A DNA stretch of 64,000 nt from positions 45,756,001 through 45,820,000 of the forward strand of contig OX597832.1 in NCBI GenBank assembly GCA_951406725.2, in the 5' to 3' direction. The position numbers and the translations under genes were made by a program. This document shows positions 13,738 through 27,050 of the stretch, piece by piece; the stretch's first letter is position 1; each line of letters starts with the position of its first letter. The notes under the pieces were generated by a model. The model was given only the letters and a program-made list of their open reading frames with translations, was not told where the DNA came from and did no database searches. The DNA comes from Octopus vulgaris. Taxonomy: Eukaryota.

Positions 13738-14629
13738 AAGATATTAAATTAATAATTATGTATATATAATGATAGATTGCTAGCCACCACACATTTCTTA
13801 TTTTCTCTCTTTGTTTCTTTCTATGTTCCTAAACAATTAAAGTATACTTGAAATACATCGACTGCATGTTCAGTAATATGTCTGGTCATTCATTCACCAC
13901 TTAAATAATTACTAAATTACAGTGATTTATCTAATTTGCGAGCATTTTACCTATGTTTGTGTAGTATTTTCTCAAACAGAACAGTATATAGTTTGAAATA
14001 CATTTACAGATAATTTAAGCGTCGCCTTTAAACTAAAACTCACTTGACCGAAAATTGTATTAGCCGTTTCAGCTAAAAGTTCCATTTAAATATTACTGGA
14101 AACCGTATGAAATATTGAAATTAATCGATTTTGTTCGCAATGAGAAGAAACTTATGACGTAGGTGAGCTTAGATATAGACGAACCAGATACGGACACATG
14201 AATACAGACACACTTTAACATGGGTCTACATAAACACATACAAAAGTGCGATGCGCATTGATACGTAGACCTATATAAATATGTATGCACAAACACACAC
14301 ACACCTGTTTCTGTATATATTTATGAGTAAATATTTATGTGTGTATATGTGTGTGTATTATGCGTGAAAAAAGATTAACTTTGTCATTCTAATCTAGATG
14401 AAGCTTCTTTTTTTTTACTATAAGACAATTTTCGCACATTTTAAAAGTAGGAGTACACAAGTGTAATTACAAATATGAAAGTGTGAGCGCGTGTGAAATT
14501 TGTGTGCGTGTGTGTGTGTGTATGTGTGTGTGCGTGTGTGAGTATGTGTCTGTCTGCACCTAGGAATGTATGACCTATATCGATCTGTCAATAAATATGT
14601 ATATATCTATACCAATGAATATGTATAGG

Positions 14630-14671
<42 letters not shown>

Positions 14672-14783
14672 TGAGTATATATTTATATATATAGCGCCAT
14701 ACTAATACAATTGTTCGTTTGTTTTCCACCTGCCTTCGTCTTTTGTCTATTTTCATAAAGCTTCCCGTTATATATGTATATAG

Positions 14784-14816
<33 letters not shown>

Positions 14817-14842
14817 GGTATATATATGTATATATATGTATG

Positions 14843-14906
<64 letters not shown>

Positions 14907-15334
14907 TGTATGTATAAATGTATATACATATACATGAATAAGTTGTGTGTGTATAAATATATAAGTATATATATATATATATATATATAGATAGAGAGAG
15001 AGAGAGATACAGATATGTATACACACACACATACACACATACACACAAACGCACATGTATATATAAATCACACGCTCGCATGATTTGAAATTAACTACAA
15101 GTACCTGATATGCCAAATATAATACAGGGTATATTTTAAATCATTAATGCCAAATTTCGCTTGGAAATGTCTTAGTGTATAATATTGTTGCAGAAATATA
15201 TTAGATGTCTGGCTTACCTAAAATCTTATCTCGGAAGTTTGAAAATTATTACCCTGTCTCTACTGTGAAGCAACGAAACAGTAATCATGTCTTAAATGGT
15301 GGCATATCATTCGATTTAATATTTATCATAGGAT

Positions 15335-15520
15335 ACGCCGCGTAAAATGCTTAGTAAATTTTTCTTTCGTCTTCATGTTCTGATTTCAAATTCCGGCGAG
15401 GTCGACTTTGCCTCTGATTCTTTTGTGGTCGATAAAATAAGTATGGGTTTAAAACTAGGGTCAACGTAATCAACTAAGTCCACTGCCCGAAATTGCTGGC
15501 CTCGTGCCTAAATGTGCCAA
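15335..15520 (+). mobile_element. Degenerate SINE A
   Basis: TTCAAATTCCGGCGAGGTCGACTTTGCC...GTCGATAAAATAAGTA. Confidence 0.65.
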
Positions 15521-16006
15521 TATTTACACAGAATTTACTGGATACCTCAGTGAATTTAATGTAAAAGGAGATTGAAATACCATAAGAAAATCAATTATCG
15601 GTACATGAATATGGCACTTATAATTTGTTACATAATCTCTATAATAAATATGATATTGAATGGAATATTTCCCCGTTTGAACTGTTTTAATTACATATAT
15701 ATGTGTATATGTGTGTGTGTGTGTCAGAAATCTTACGGATGCACAAACGCACAAAACGGAGAAAATGAAAGAAATATGACGACTGGTTCCAAAACACACC
15801 CGAGTGGGGAACTACCTCTTAAAACACTTTCCGCCCCAAATTCGGAATCTACATGATATAACACATATTCGTAGTAAATGTCATAAAAAATATCCATTTT
15901 ACTGAAAGTTATGATCATCCAAAGATCGGTAGGGTGGGGCAGAAATCTGTAGTTATGCCATATATATATAGTATTAATAAAACAGATAGAGTGAGTAAAA
16001 TATTTT

Positions 16007-16059
16007 ATTGGGTACGACACATGTTTCGACTCGTTCTGGGTTTCTTCAGGTACATCAAT
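16007..16059 (-). ncRNA. Type I hammerhead ribozyme, canonical core, decayed stem II
   Basis: Minus strand: attgat gtac CTGAAGA aaccc-agaac-gagtc GAAAC atgt GTC gtac ccaat. Stem I gtac/gtac; same GAAACATGTGTC as 13632. Confidence 0.65.
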
Positions 16060-17104
16060 AAAAAGAAGTTTTACTAGAGATTTTCTGATTCGGTTTTACG
16101 TACCGCTGTATGTCCATCATCTTTGATAATGAGTAAATAAAAGAGAAAAATTGAAACGCAAAATATTCAAATATGAATGTGAAAATTATACATTCTACTT
16201 TAGAGAAAATGACGTAATGAGCCTTCGCTGTTGTAACTGTTAAGAGAAAGAAAAGTATGTAGAAATTTAAGGGATATGCGTATGTGAATGCGTTATGTTT
16301 TCCAAATGCCAAAAGATGTGTTTTTAGCTGAAGTGCAATGTTATAATTAAAACAAATTCAAAATTTAAATTTCACAACATAAGTCTTACCACATTGTCTT
16401 GTGTATGGCCGCAGTTCGAATGGGTACAAAACCTAAAACAAATGTGTGTGCGCGTGTGTGGTTGGGTCTTTAATAGCCAGAGGTCAGTCTACGTTCAATC
16501 GTAGACAGGAAATCAAAATGGTAACACGCAAACATATACATACAAACATACCCATACATACACACATGTACACAAATACATGCCTATCAGCTACTTCCAA
16601 AAGCCAGTTTGTTCGTTCGAAAACTTTGACTACCAATTTTTATATATTAGCACACAAACACACACATAAACACTCATTTAGTTTTTTGCTTTTATTCATT
16701 ACGTATTTTTTTCTTTTAGTCGTCTAGCTTTTAGTTGTCTGTTTTTAGTTTTTGTTTTTGTTTTGGAAATTTCACTTTTTTCTTTCTTTCTTTCTTTTTT
16801 ACACATGGTACTAGGAATTCGCTTGGTGTCGCTAAAGTGGAAAAAGTGTTTTAGATTTTTGAAAATTTGAAACAAAAAGACATGGTTTTTTTAAAAAATT
16901 GACTGTCACAGAGATGTGAAAATACGGCCGTTACTCGTTAATTTCAAATTAAACTTATCAAAGTTGATTGTCTTGCAACGCCCCCTACCGCTCCCCAAGT
17001 CTTTTAACAATCTCCTTCTAGTGCCCCTTTTCTCCAACACCACGCCACCGAGCTCCGAATAGCCCCCCGGGTGTCCATATGGCTCCCGTTGAGAATCTTT
17101 GCTA

Positions 17105-17395
17105 TAAGGCATGCTACTGATCAGATGACGACTATTCACTTGGGGAATTTCCTGCCAAGGTTCATGCAGTAATCTCAGAAGACCAGACTTTGCGGATGCC
17201 TTCTTGCACTTTTTACGAAGTGTCCTCTCCATCATGTCCCAGAGGGGATCAGCAGAGTTCGTATCTGGTGACTGGGTTGACCATGGACATTTTTTGATGT
17301 CATTCTTTTCCAACCAATCTTGGGTTTCTTTAGCCGTGTGACAAGGAGCCCCATCTGCCATAAATAAAGAGTCTTCTTTAATCACTTTACCATTG
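17105..17395 (-). pseudogene. Tc1-like DDE transposase C-terminal fragment
   Basis: [18 protein letters not shown]...[20 protein letters not shown] resembles Tc1 FQQDNAPCH...WPSQSPDLNPIE.LW. Confidence 0.85.
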
Positions 17396-17472
17396 AAGAA
17401 GATTGGAAGGAGCCCCTTCTGCAATATATACATACATATATATACAGAGAGAGAGGGAGAGACATATACATA

Positions 17473-17509
<37 letters not shown>

Positions 17510-17540
17510 TATATATATGTATATATATACATATATATAC

Positions 17541-17642
<102 letters not shown>

Positions 17643-18540
17643 TATATATATCAATGATTGTGATAGCATTAACAGTAAATTCGGTTTCTTTGATTCACTT
17701 ACTTGAAATCAATTATTTTTCGTCGTAAATGTGCCCTAGAATCCTCGATAATCAAATTCGTTTCTATCGTAGTTCTCAGCTCTGTTAAAAGAAAACTTCG
17801 GAAGAAAAAGTACATTTTCATTAGTTGATTATGTTAAATCCTCATTCACCTACATTATTTGGCTTTCCATAAACATTATTCATTCAACATTAAACGCGTT
17901 ATGTGTTGATGTTGAGAAAAAAAATTTGGTGGAGAGAAAAGAAATATAATTTTTTCGAGAAAATCTTTGTCATGTTTAATTACATTTTAACAATTTGTCT
18001 CTCTGTGTGTAAGATAGATAGATAAGTTGATAGAGAAAGAGAGAGGGGGTAAGGAGAGAAATAGAAGGAGTGAGAGAATGTGTTTGTGTTTATGCATTCA
18101 CTCATATTCATAAACAATTCAACCAATCAGCGCCTATTTAGCGTCTCTTGTTTTTGGAAATGCGATATTGAATAGACAAAACTATAACGTCATCACCTTG
18201 AAATGAAAATCAAATAACGTGATTTGCGTATAATGTGAAAATATTTGAGGCATTTTCTTCTAGCTTTCTGGCATGCAGTAACATTGCATTCAATAATTCT
18301 ATTTCGCTTTAGTTCACTACTATGCGTTCTTGTGAATTGTAACGTTTCTTCCCTATTTCAATTGTCTGGATAATCGGAAACGTATAACTATTTCTTATGG
18401 TAAAGAAGGTTTAACTCCCATCGAATTAAGAAGCTCTCTTTATGTATTCAGTAATTTGTTATTCATGGTAACCCTATTACCACTATACTCATCCTCCTAA
18501 TATACGCGACCTTTTTGTCAATATTTTACCTATCAATATG

Positions 18541-18626
<86 letters not shown>

Positions 18627-18652
18627 ATATCTATCTATCTATCTATCTATCT
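18541..18652. repeat. (TCTA)n microsatellite
   Basis: Read directly from the sequence. Confidence 0.95.
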
Positions 18653-18656
18653 ATAT

Positions 18657-18825
18657 GCGCAGGCGTGGCTGTGTGGTAAGAAGCTTGCTTTGCAACCATA
18701 TGGTTCCGGGTTCAATCACGCTGCATGCCATTTTTGGCCAATGTCTTCTACTATAGCATCGGGCCGACCAAAGCCTTGTGAATGGATTTGGTAGACGAAA
18801 ACTGAAAGAAGCCCATCGTATATAT
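18657..18825 (+). mobile_element. SINE family B, 5' half
   Basis: GGCGTGGCTGTGTGGTAAG...GGTTCAATC...GGTAGACGAAAACTGAAAGAAGCCC; homologous to copies at 33833, 40667 and 43941. Confidence 0.8.
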
Positions 18826-18827
18826 GC

Positions 18828-19362
18828 TGTAGTACAAAGCTGATGCTGCAGTACAAGACACATACTGCAGTACAAGGTAATACTGCAGTACAAGACACGT
18901 ACTGTATTACAAGACACATATTGCAGTACAAGACACATACTGCGGTACAAGACACATACTGCGGTACAAGATACATACTGCGGTACAAGGTACATACTGC
19001 GGTACAAGACACATACTGCAGTACAAGATACATACTGCAGTACAAGACACATACTGCGGTACAAGATACATACTGCGGTACAAGACACATACTGCAGTAC
19101 AAGATACATACTGCAGTACAAGATACATACTGCAGTACAAGACACATACTGCGGTACAAGACACATACTGCGGTACAAGATACATACTGCGGTACAAGAC
19201 ACATACTGCAGTACAAGACACATACTGCGGTACAAAACACATACTGCGGTACAAGGTACATACTGCGGTACAAGATACATACTGCGGTACAAGACACATA
19301 CTACGGTACAAGGTACATACTGCAGTACAAGACAGATACTGCAGTACAAGACACATACTGCA
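18828..19362. repeat. 19-bp minisatellite (TACTGC[A/G]GTACAAG[A/G][C/T]ACA), about 28 copies
   Basis: Direct tandem repeat; the 19-aa periodicity of the overlapping ORFs agrees with a 19-nt unit. Confidence 0.95.
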
Positions 19363-20239
19363 AGTTATAACAAAACGTTAGTGAAATATTTTAAGTGTTT
19401 ACATTTGGATAGATAGACAAATATAAGAAAATAATTTGACAAAAAGATATGAATTTTTAATTATTTTCTGAGATTTTACAGAAACAACAAATATATTGTT
19501 AAAAAAAAACAAATATATTTTTCGATTTAGCTATATAGATTTTAGCTATTGGTTATCTTACTCTTTGACTGACCTGGTATTTTTGCGGGTTTCCACGTTT
19601 TCTGTGTCCTAACACTTTCAGCATTTTCTCAAATTGACGGCTCTTCATCAGGTTTCTACTTAACTATGTGCTACGTATTTTGCATAACAGGATGGAGACA
19701 AACCTTTTAATGTATGAAAAGATTACAGCTGACTATGCACAACTTCTCTAGTAACATCTTGTTCAAGAGGTGTCTCTAGTTATATATTTTCATCTTATCT
19801 GGTTGTATTCTGCTGAATACGCGCCTCACTTTTTCTGATAGTTTCAAGACTATTCCGAGCTGTATTCCTGTGATCTGTGCTTTTCTTGGCCACTGGCGAC
19901 ATCTTTGTTTGCCAGCAGCGTCTTTATGTGAATCGTCGCTGTGGAATTATTGCTGGGTACATAACATCGACAATAGGTTAAACGGTAGTATGGTAAAGCG
20001 AAATTGAAGAAATGTGAATTTAAAAAGTAATGCAAATGTCAAAGCAAAAGAAATTTACGAACGGTTTACAAATTTGAGTTTTGAATATTTAATCTGAATG
20101 AAAATAGACATAAAAATGTCACGAAAAAGACCAGCAAAACAAAAAAAGACAAAAAATTAATAAAAATACAAGACTGAAATGACGATATATAGAAACAACC
20201 GTAAAAAAATATTATATTTATCGAGCGGGAGCATTTATA

Positions 20240-20424
20240 TCAGTATATATAAAGCTGAAATGCGAAAAAGTTGTTTGATTTCTTGGTTATTTGTCTCATT
20301 TTGGGATGGGGTCGGATTGGCGCCAAAATTTACACTGGGGGGTAAAATAGGGTGGGCAATGGTGTGAGGAAGGTTGCAAGTCGCTCGGGGTTACTGTTTA
20401 GTTGCTATCACCACCAAAAGCTAG
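20240..20424 (+). mobile_element. Non-autonomous Helitron-like element
   Basis: Starts TCAGTATATATAAAGCTGA (like 61819), ends CTAG, sits between A and T; 3' hairpin unclear. Confidence 0.5.
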
Positions 20425-21570
20425 TCTTTTTTTTTTTTTAAAGGAAAAATTTAACAAGTCAGTCAGTCACCGGCTGACACTCGCTGACGATACATCGGAG
20501 AGACCAGGGAACAGAAGAAAGAAGAAGAAAGAAGACATGCACCCAACACCAGAGCTGAAGACACCTCCGAAAGGGGGGGTGGCGCCACGTCAAAACGGTA
20601 GAGGAGTAGGGGCCGAAACCGGACGTGGTTCCTCCTGATGATGTCTTGAGCTGTCTGGATCCTATAAAGGAGCTGTTGTGGTAGCAGACCACGAAACACA
20701 GTTGTAATTCCTAACACACATTTTAACAGTCAGTAAATGCATAAATGAGTGATGTTTTTTTTAAAAGAAAAACCCACTTCTTTCGTTTTATTTTCTTTAT
20801 GCGGGTTACCTTTCAAATTCATTAATCTGAATGCTAGCTACGAAGAGCAAGAGCCCACATCTTGCAAACTGCAGCAAATATGTTATGAAAAGATTATAGG
20901 TGATTTATTGATATCTTGCTAAATGGAAAAGTTTGCGAAAAATGGACATACGTCATTATGCCACAAGAAAAATGGCGAGAGAAATGAAAGGAAACGGAAG
21001 AGTAGTTAATGATGATAGAGAATCAAAAGTTACGAAGGTTGTTGATATAGAAATCAAGATAGAGTATTAACATAAGGCAGCGAGAACTCATCTCAAACAT
21101 TCCAGTATTTTCAGCCCTATAATTAGTTCGAAAATCAATATTTACAGTCAGTCACTAAACGTTGTAATATCTAATATACAAATATACTAATATACAAATA
21201 TACTAGTTGGGTATACTTTTACTACTGGATAACTTTCACAATTGAATGCATTGGTACACTGTCGGAATAGCACACCCTCTTCAGGTGGATTTTCTCCGTT
21301 TTAATGGGGATTTTAAAAGTTATTTTCCCAAAACACCCTTAAAAATAATGGGTTGGGTGGAAATTTTTCTGGAAAGAGTTTTTGAAAATTAATAAATCCC
21401 ATTTTCTCCACTTCCGGACCGATTTTGTTCATTTTTTATTGCGCTATGCACTTAAAAGCAAGAATTGTTTTCGGTAAAACAAAAAGTTTGAAAATATATG
21501 GAATTTTCAACCCCTCCCTCATTCAGTACCCACTCAGTACCGATAACTACATACACTCACATTTATATAG

Positions 21571-21643
<73 letters not shown>

Positions 21644-21693
21644 GTCTATCTATCTGCCTGTATGTCTATCTATCTGTCTATCTATCTGTCTGA

Positions 21694-21781
<88 letters not shown>

Positions 21782-22468
21782 GTATCTGACAAATGAACAA
21801 AACAGAAATTGGAATTCACGATATTCTTCATTGATCTCAACGATCCCTTTGATCTATCGGTCCCTCGTTGTTGAAATATTATACAACTGGTTACAGAGCA
21901 TCCTTCGGTGCAGATGGGTTTCGTCAGGCGATCCTTCAAAACCTACCTCGTTCAATAAACTCCGTTCGATTATAGAGCATGTCATTTGCCCGTAGGAGCT
22001 TGCCTGTAGGCGTCGTGATTTCAAAATGACATGGAATGGATAGTTTAATTTTTCATATATACAGGTAATATGTCTGCATATAGTCGCTCGTAAATAAATG
22101 ACAAAAAAAGAAAAGAATAGGCGTAAGATTATGTTGCTACGTATTTCGACATAAGCACACATACATAAAGCCGCGCGCGCATACACAAAAACACATACAC
22201 ACATGCATGTATGTATGTGCATGTGTTTGCGCGTTTGTGTGTGTGTTTGACCGTATGTGTGTGTACATGTATGTCCGCATATTGGTGTGGTAAAGAATAT
22301 TGTAAACACACGCAGTGGGAAGCCTCTATATTTATTTGCATATATACATGTATGTATGCATATATATGCGTGTACGAATGCTTGCTTATACACGCGTGTA
22401 TACATGTATGCATATATATTACTGTAGGTACGTATGTATATGTATGCATATATATGTGCGTCTGCATA

Positions 22469-22526
<58 letters not shown>

Positions 22527-23289
22527 TATATACGTACATACATACATACATACATACATACATACGTACATATATGCGTGTATGTTTATATATTAATGCG
22601 TATACTCGTATAGACAAATATATACGCTGCGCACACACACATACACACACTTACACACACATACAGGTATTTATATGAAAGAAGTTTCGATGCTTATTAT
22701 TAAGAGGTTTACAAGATTAAGGTAAGTACAGCATACGAGACTTGTAAAGTATAATTGATTTGAGATGTCTAAGAAAATGAATTGTAAAGTTATTATAAAT
22801 ATAATTTGTTATAATATACAAAATACCGTTGAAGAAAATATTACACAGAGGGAACGTGGGTTCGTGAAGAGTCATATGGTAAATATAATTAGTCAGGAAT
22901 ATTAGAGAAAAGCGAATGAAAAAGTTTTTGTAAATTCTTAGAAGTTTATTATTGTAGTTGGAATTATATGGTTCAAAATGTTTACATGTTCCCATGGGAA
23001 ATTAAATTGGAGCTTGTTAATTTTACTGAGTAGAAACTGAATCAAGTTACAGGTTATGTATCTATACAATTATATATATATATATATGTATATATATTTT
23101 GGTTCGAGGATCAAATAAGTGGTGTTAAAATGAGTGTTTGTTTATGTTATAAGGTTACTTGAAGTTAAAGTATATATATTGTATAACGCTGTGGGTGTCA
23201 GTTTTAGTGTGAAGTTTGCTAGTGACGTGTAGGTTGAAATTAAATTTGTATTAATATGTACATTGAAAATTAAGGTGGTGTACTGGCGC

Positions 23290-23920
23290 AATCGTTACTG
23301 CGCTGAGATAAATGCTTAGCGGTATTTCCTCTGCCGCTACGTTCTGAGTTCAAATTCCGCCGGGTCGACTTTACCTTCCATCCTTTCGGGGTCGATAAAC
23401 TAAGTACCAGTTACGCACTGGGTCGATATAATCGACTTAATCCGTTTGTCTGTCCTTGTTTGTCCTCTCTGTGTTTAGCTTCTTGTGGGTAGTAAAGAAA
23501 CAGGTATTTCGTCTGCCGCTACGTTCTGAGTTCAAATTCCCCCGAGGTCGACTTTGCCTTCCATCCTTTGTTAAAGACTCCGCCGGTTACGACGACGAGG
23601 GTCCCAGCTGATACGATCAACGGAACAGCTTGCTCGTGAAATTAACGTGCAAATGGCTGAGCATTCCACAGACACGTGTACCCTTAACGTAGTTCTCGGG
23701 GATAATCAGCGTGACACAGAGAGTGACAAGGCTGACCCTTTGAAATACAAGTACAACTCATTTTTGCCAGCTGAGTGGACTGGAGCAACGTGAAATAAAG
23801 TGTCTTGCTCAAGGACACAACGCGTCGCCGGGAATCGAACTCCCAACCTTACGATCATGAGCCGAATGCCCTAATCACTAAGCCACGCGCCCTCACTTCC
23901 ATCCTTTAGGGGTTGATTAA
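23290..23920 (+). mobile_element. Tandem SINE A whose second unit is interrupted by a SINE D insertion
   Basis: Unit 1 about 23290-23503; unit 2 starts about 23504, breaks at 23569 and resumes at 23896. Confidence 0.8.
23570..23895 (-). mobile_element. tRNA-derived CORE-like SINE (family D) with 12-bp target-site duplication (TSD)
   Basis: Head GCGTGGCTTAGTGATTAG...GAGTTCGATTCCC; CORE-like TGTGTCCTTGAGCAAGACACTTTA; TSD CTTCCATCCTTT at 23558-23569 and 23896-23907. Confidence 0.85.
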
Positions 23921-24793
23921 ATATTAGATAAAATAAAGTGTTGAAATGGGTTACAATTTAAAATATTTTGTATGGCGTGGTCAAGTTGAAGTATTTTCCG
24001 AGTAATTGTTAAATGGAGGCATGTCAGTAAAGAATATTCCCGGGCTCTCAATTTAAGAAAGTTGTACATACATTTTCTGTTGATAGTCTAAGACTTGGCA
24101 CAGGAAAAACTATTCACGTGGAGATTGTAGATGATTTGAGATTTAACATGAAATTAATTCACAACTGATTTCCCGTTGCTCTTATTCTGATTACAAAAGG
24201 TACATGTATGATTGTTGCAACTTAATCTGAAGGGATTCATGATTTCAAATTGATAACTTTGCGACCAGCCAAAGGACATCTTTGAAGCCATGGTTCATGA
24301 TCCGCAAGTCTAAGCAATATACTCTATTATGCTTCCACTTAATATAGCGAATTTTATTTATGTTAGAGATTTTGTTCCAGCATAGAAATATAGCCTCATT
24401 CGTGATGTGGAATTATGGTGAGATAGACATGAATTGCATCATAATGAAGTTGAAAAATACTGAAAGGATAAATAAACCGAACAAGTGAAAAATCTGCTCA
24501 AACTTCAAGGAAAAAACTTATTCCAAATATCTTTTTCTGAATACGAATCATTTTATCAAAAGTTGGAGAGCTTTTTTGATTTGAGGAAGACGAAACAAGT
24601 AATAAGGAAAATAACAAATATATTGAGAGCGTAATAAGTTACCCCTTTAAAACAGATACCTTCAATCATTAGAAGATAATGCATTTAAGTCAGTTAAAAT
24701 AATAGCATTCGCAATAACATTCACAAAATGTCATGAGTAGAAAAGTTGAAGACAAACAATACAATATTCGTTGATTCGGAAAAAGTGGAAAGA

Positions 24794-24888
<95 letters not shown>

Positions 24889-25016
24889 ACTGTGTATGTT
24901 TTTGTGTGTGTGTGTGTGTATGCGTATTTGTGTGTGTGTGTGTGATTTTTCTTTTTCTATGGTTACTTGGTAAAATATTGCTTGAAAATCTTGCATCGCA
25001 ATCTAACACAACCCCA

Positions 25017-25018
<2 letters not shown>

Positions 25019-25078
<60 letters not shown>

Positions 25079-25130
25079 CTCATAAAAACGTTGGCTATTT
25101 TAATTTTAACGATAATAATAATAATAATGA

Positions 25131-25192
<62 letters not shown>

Positions 25193-25215
25193 TTAATAAT
25201 AATAATAATAATAAT
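25019..25215. repeat. Two (AAT)n microsatellite tracts
   Basis: Read directly from the sequence. Confidence 0.9.
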
Positions 25216-25637
25216 GTTTTTTTAAGTTAAACACAATCCTACAAGTATACCGTCACAAACCGTCTATGGTCACGACATTATGTTTTTTACTAAACAATTC
25301 TCCTGCACTGACGAAATCAGTTAAAGTTGCACTGTCTCGACTGTTTAAAGTGTGTAATTTCTATTAGAATTATACAATATAACTAATGTATGTTATATTT
25401 TAATTGTTTGGGTTATTGTATTATATTGTTCATTTATATTTTTCAGTACATTTCGTATAATGTACTTTTTTTCTCTTTCAAGCCTTTATTTCAGTTTTCT
25501 ACAGGGTCTGGCTCTGCTGTCAACATAGAATTACCATCTTCGCATAGTTTTCATTGAATTTAAATGCTTACTATACATTTTCCTTTCATTTGTTTCATAT
25601 TTTTTGCCCACAAAAAACATCGTAATCTCTCTATTTA

Positions 25638-25645
<8 letters not shown>

Positions 25646-25709
<64 letters not shown>

Positions 25710-25780
25710 GGAGTATACATACACGTAATTATGCATGCATATATATATATGTATGTATATATATATATATATATACATAC

Positions 25781-25819
<39 letters not shown>

Positions 25820-25993
25820 ATATATATATATATACATATATCTATATACGTATGTATATATATATATGAATGTATATGTATATGTATATATACATATACA
25901 TATATATGTATATACATATACATGTATATGTATATGTATATATATATATACATATATATGTATATACATATACATGTATATGTATATGTATAT

Positions 25994-26028
<35 letters not shown>

Positions 26029-26098
26029 CATAATTATGTTTGCATGTACACACACATACATACACACATACACACACGCACACACACACATATATATA
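25646..26098. repeat. Complex (TA)n/(TATG)/(CA)n low-complexity tract
   Basis: Read directly from the sequence. Confidence 0.9.
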
Positions 26099-26349
26099 GC
26101 TAAGAAGTGAATGCGTTGGAAACAGCGTGGAATTATGTTCAAAGTTACTTTTTACAGTTTTACTTTTATTTAATCGGACAGGACAAGCATTTTTATTATT
26201 GTTACGTTAAGTGACTTTAATAAAATGTTACCGGTTTCGATGTGCCTGTCCAGATATTAATCAGATATCAATTAATCAGATATTAATTAATCAGATATTA
26301 ATTTCAAATTTTGACACAAGGTCACCATAACACCCACCCCCCATATCCT

Positions 26350-27050
26350 TCTTTTTGAAGAACACAGGTTTACGGAAGGTTTTCGGTGCTTCATTTTAGT
26401 TCAACCACTGCGAAGGACTATTTTTATTATTGTACAGAATCCACTTTTCATCGCAAGTTACAATACGAGCAAGAAATGGATCGGTCTGGTTACGGAGAAG
26501 AAGCGACGGGCAAATTTCATACCTGCGCATTTTCTTATTTTCATTCAAATTATGTGGCACCCATTTGTGGAGCTCTTTCGATTTTCCGACCTCTCAAACA
26601 TGGATCCTTACATGGATCTTTCTCAATGACAGTCTTTAATTGACCGTCATCGATGACAAATAGGAGTCCACTATGCTCACGATCTTCAAGGTTCAGGTTC
26701 CCACTGCGAAATCGTTTAAGTCACTTCCGAGTTGACCACTCACTGTTCATTTCCTCACCAAATATTTCATTGATATCGCGAGCAGTTTCTGCTGCCTTAC
26801 ATCCTTCTTTGGAGGTAAATAGCTAAATTGCTCGAATGTCACGCTTTTACAGTTCCATTTCAGATGATTGTAACATCGCTGAAAAAAATATCAATGTTAA
26901 TTTATTGATTCATTTGGGCAATTCTGTGCCTGTATTATGAGAAAATTACAAAAAACAAAAAATGTTTAAAAAAAGTTCCAAACTCTGCAAAGATCCGGTA
27001 CAAATTCTTCATGGTTCAAACTGTTGCTTACTTTTTGCTCAATCTGATAT
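26350..27050 (-). mobile_element. Mariner transposon relic: 5' terminal inverted repeat (TIR) and N-terminal half of the transposase
   Basis: Manual translation KSKELHKWVPHNLNENKKMRRYEICPSLLLRNQTDPFLARIVTCDEKWILYNN contains the WVPHxL and first catalytic D motifs. Stops and frameshifts present. TIR-like TATCAGATTGAGCAAAAAGTAAG near 27050. Confidence 0.85.

Noticed and set aside
18651-19370. Cys/Tyr-rich repeat ORFs and a possible CRISPR-like array
   Set aside because: A 19-nt unit without unique spacers, open in multiple frames on both strands, in eukaryotic context with no cas genes.
22700-24230. Possible ancient LINE endonuclease remnant on the minus strand
   Set aside because: Only faint motif echoes (FNVHIN, YLIL); needs a profile search.
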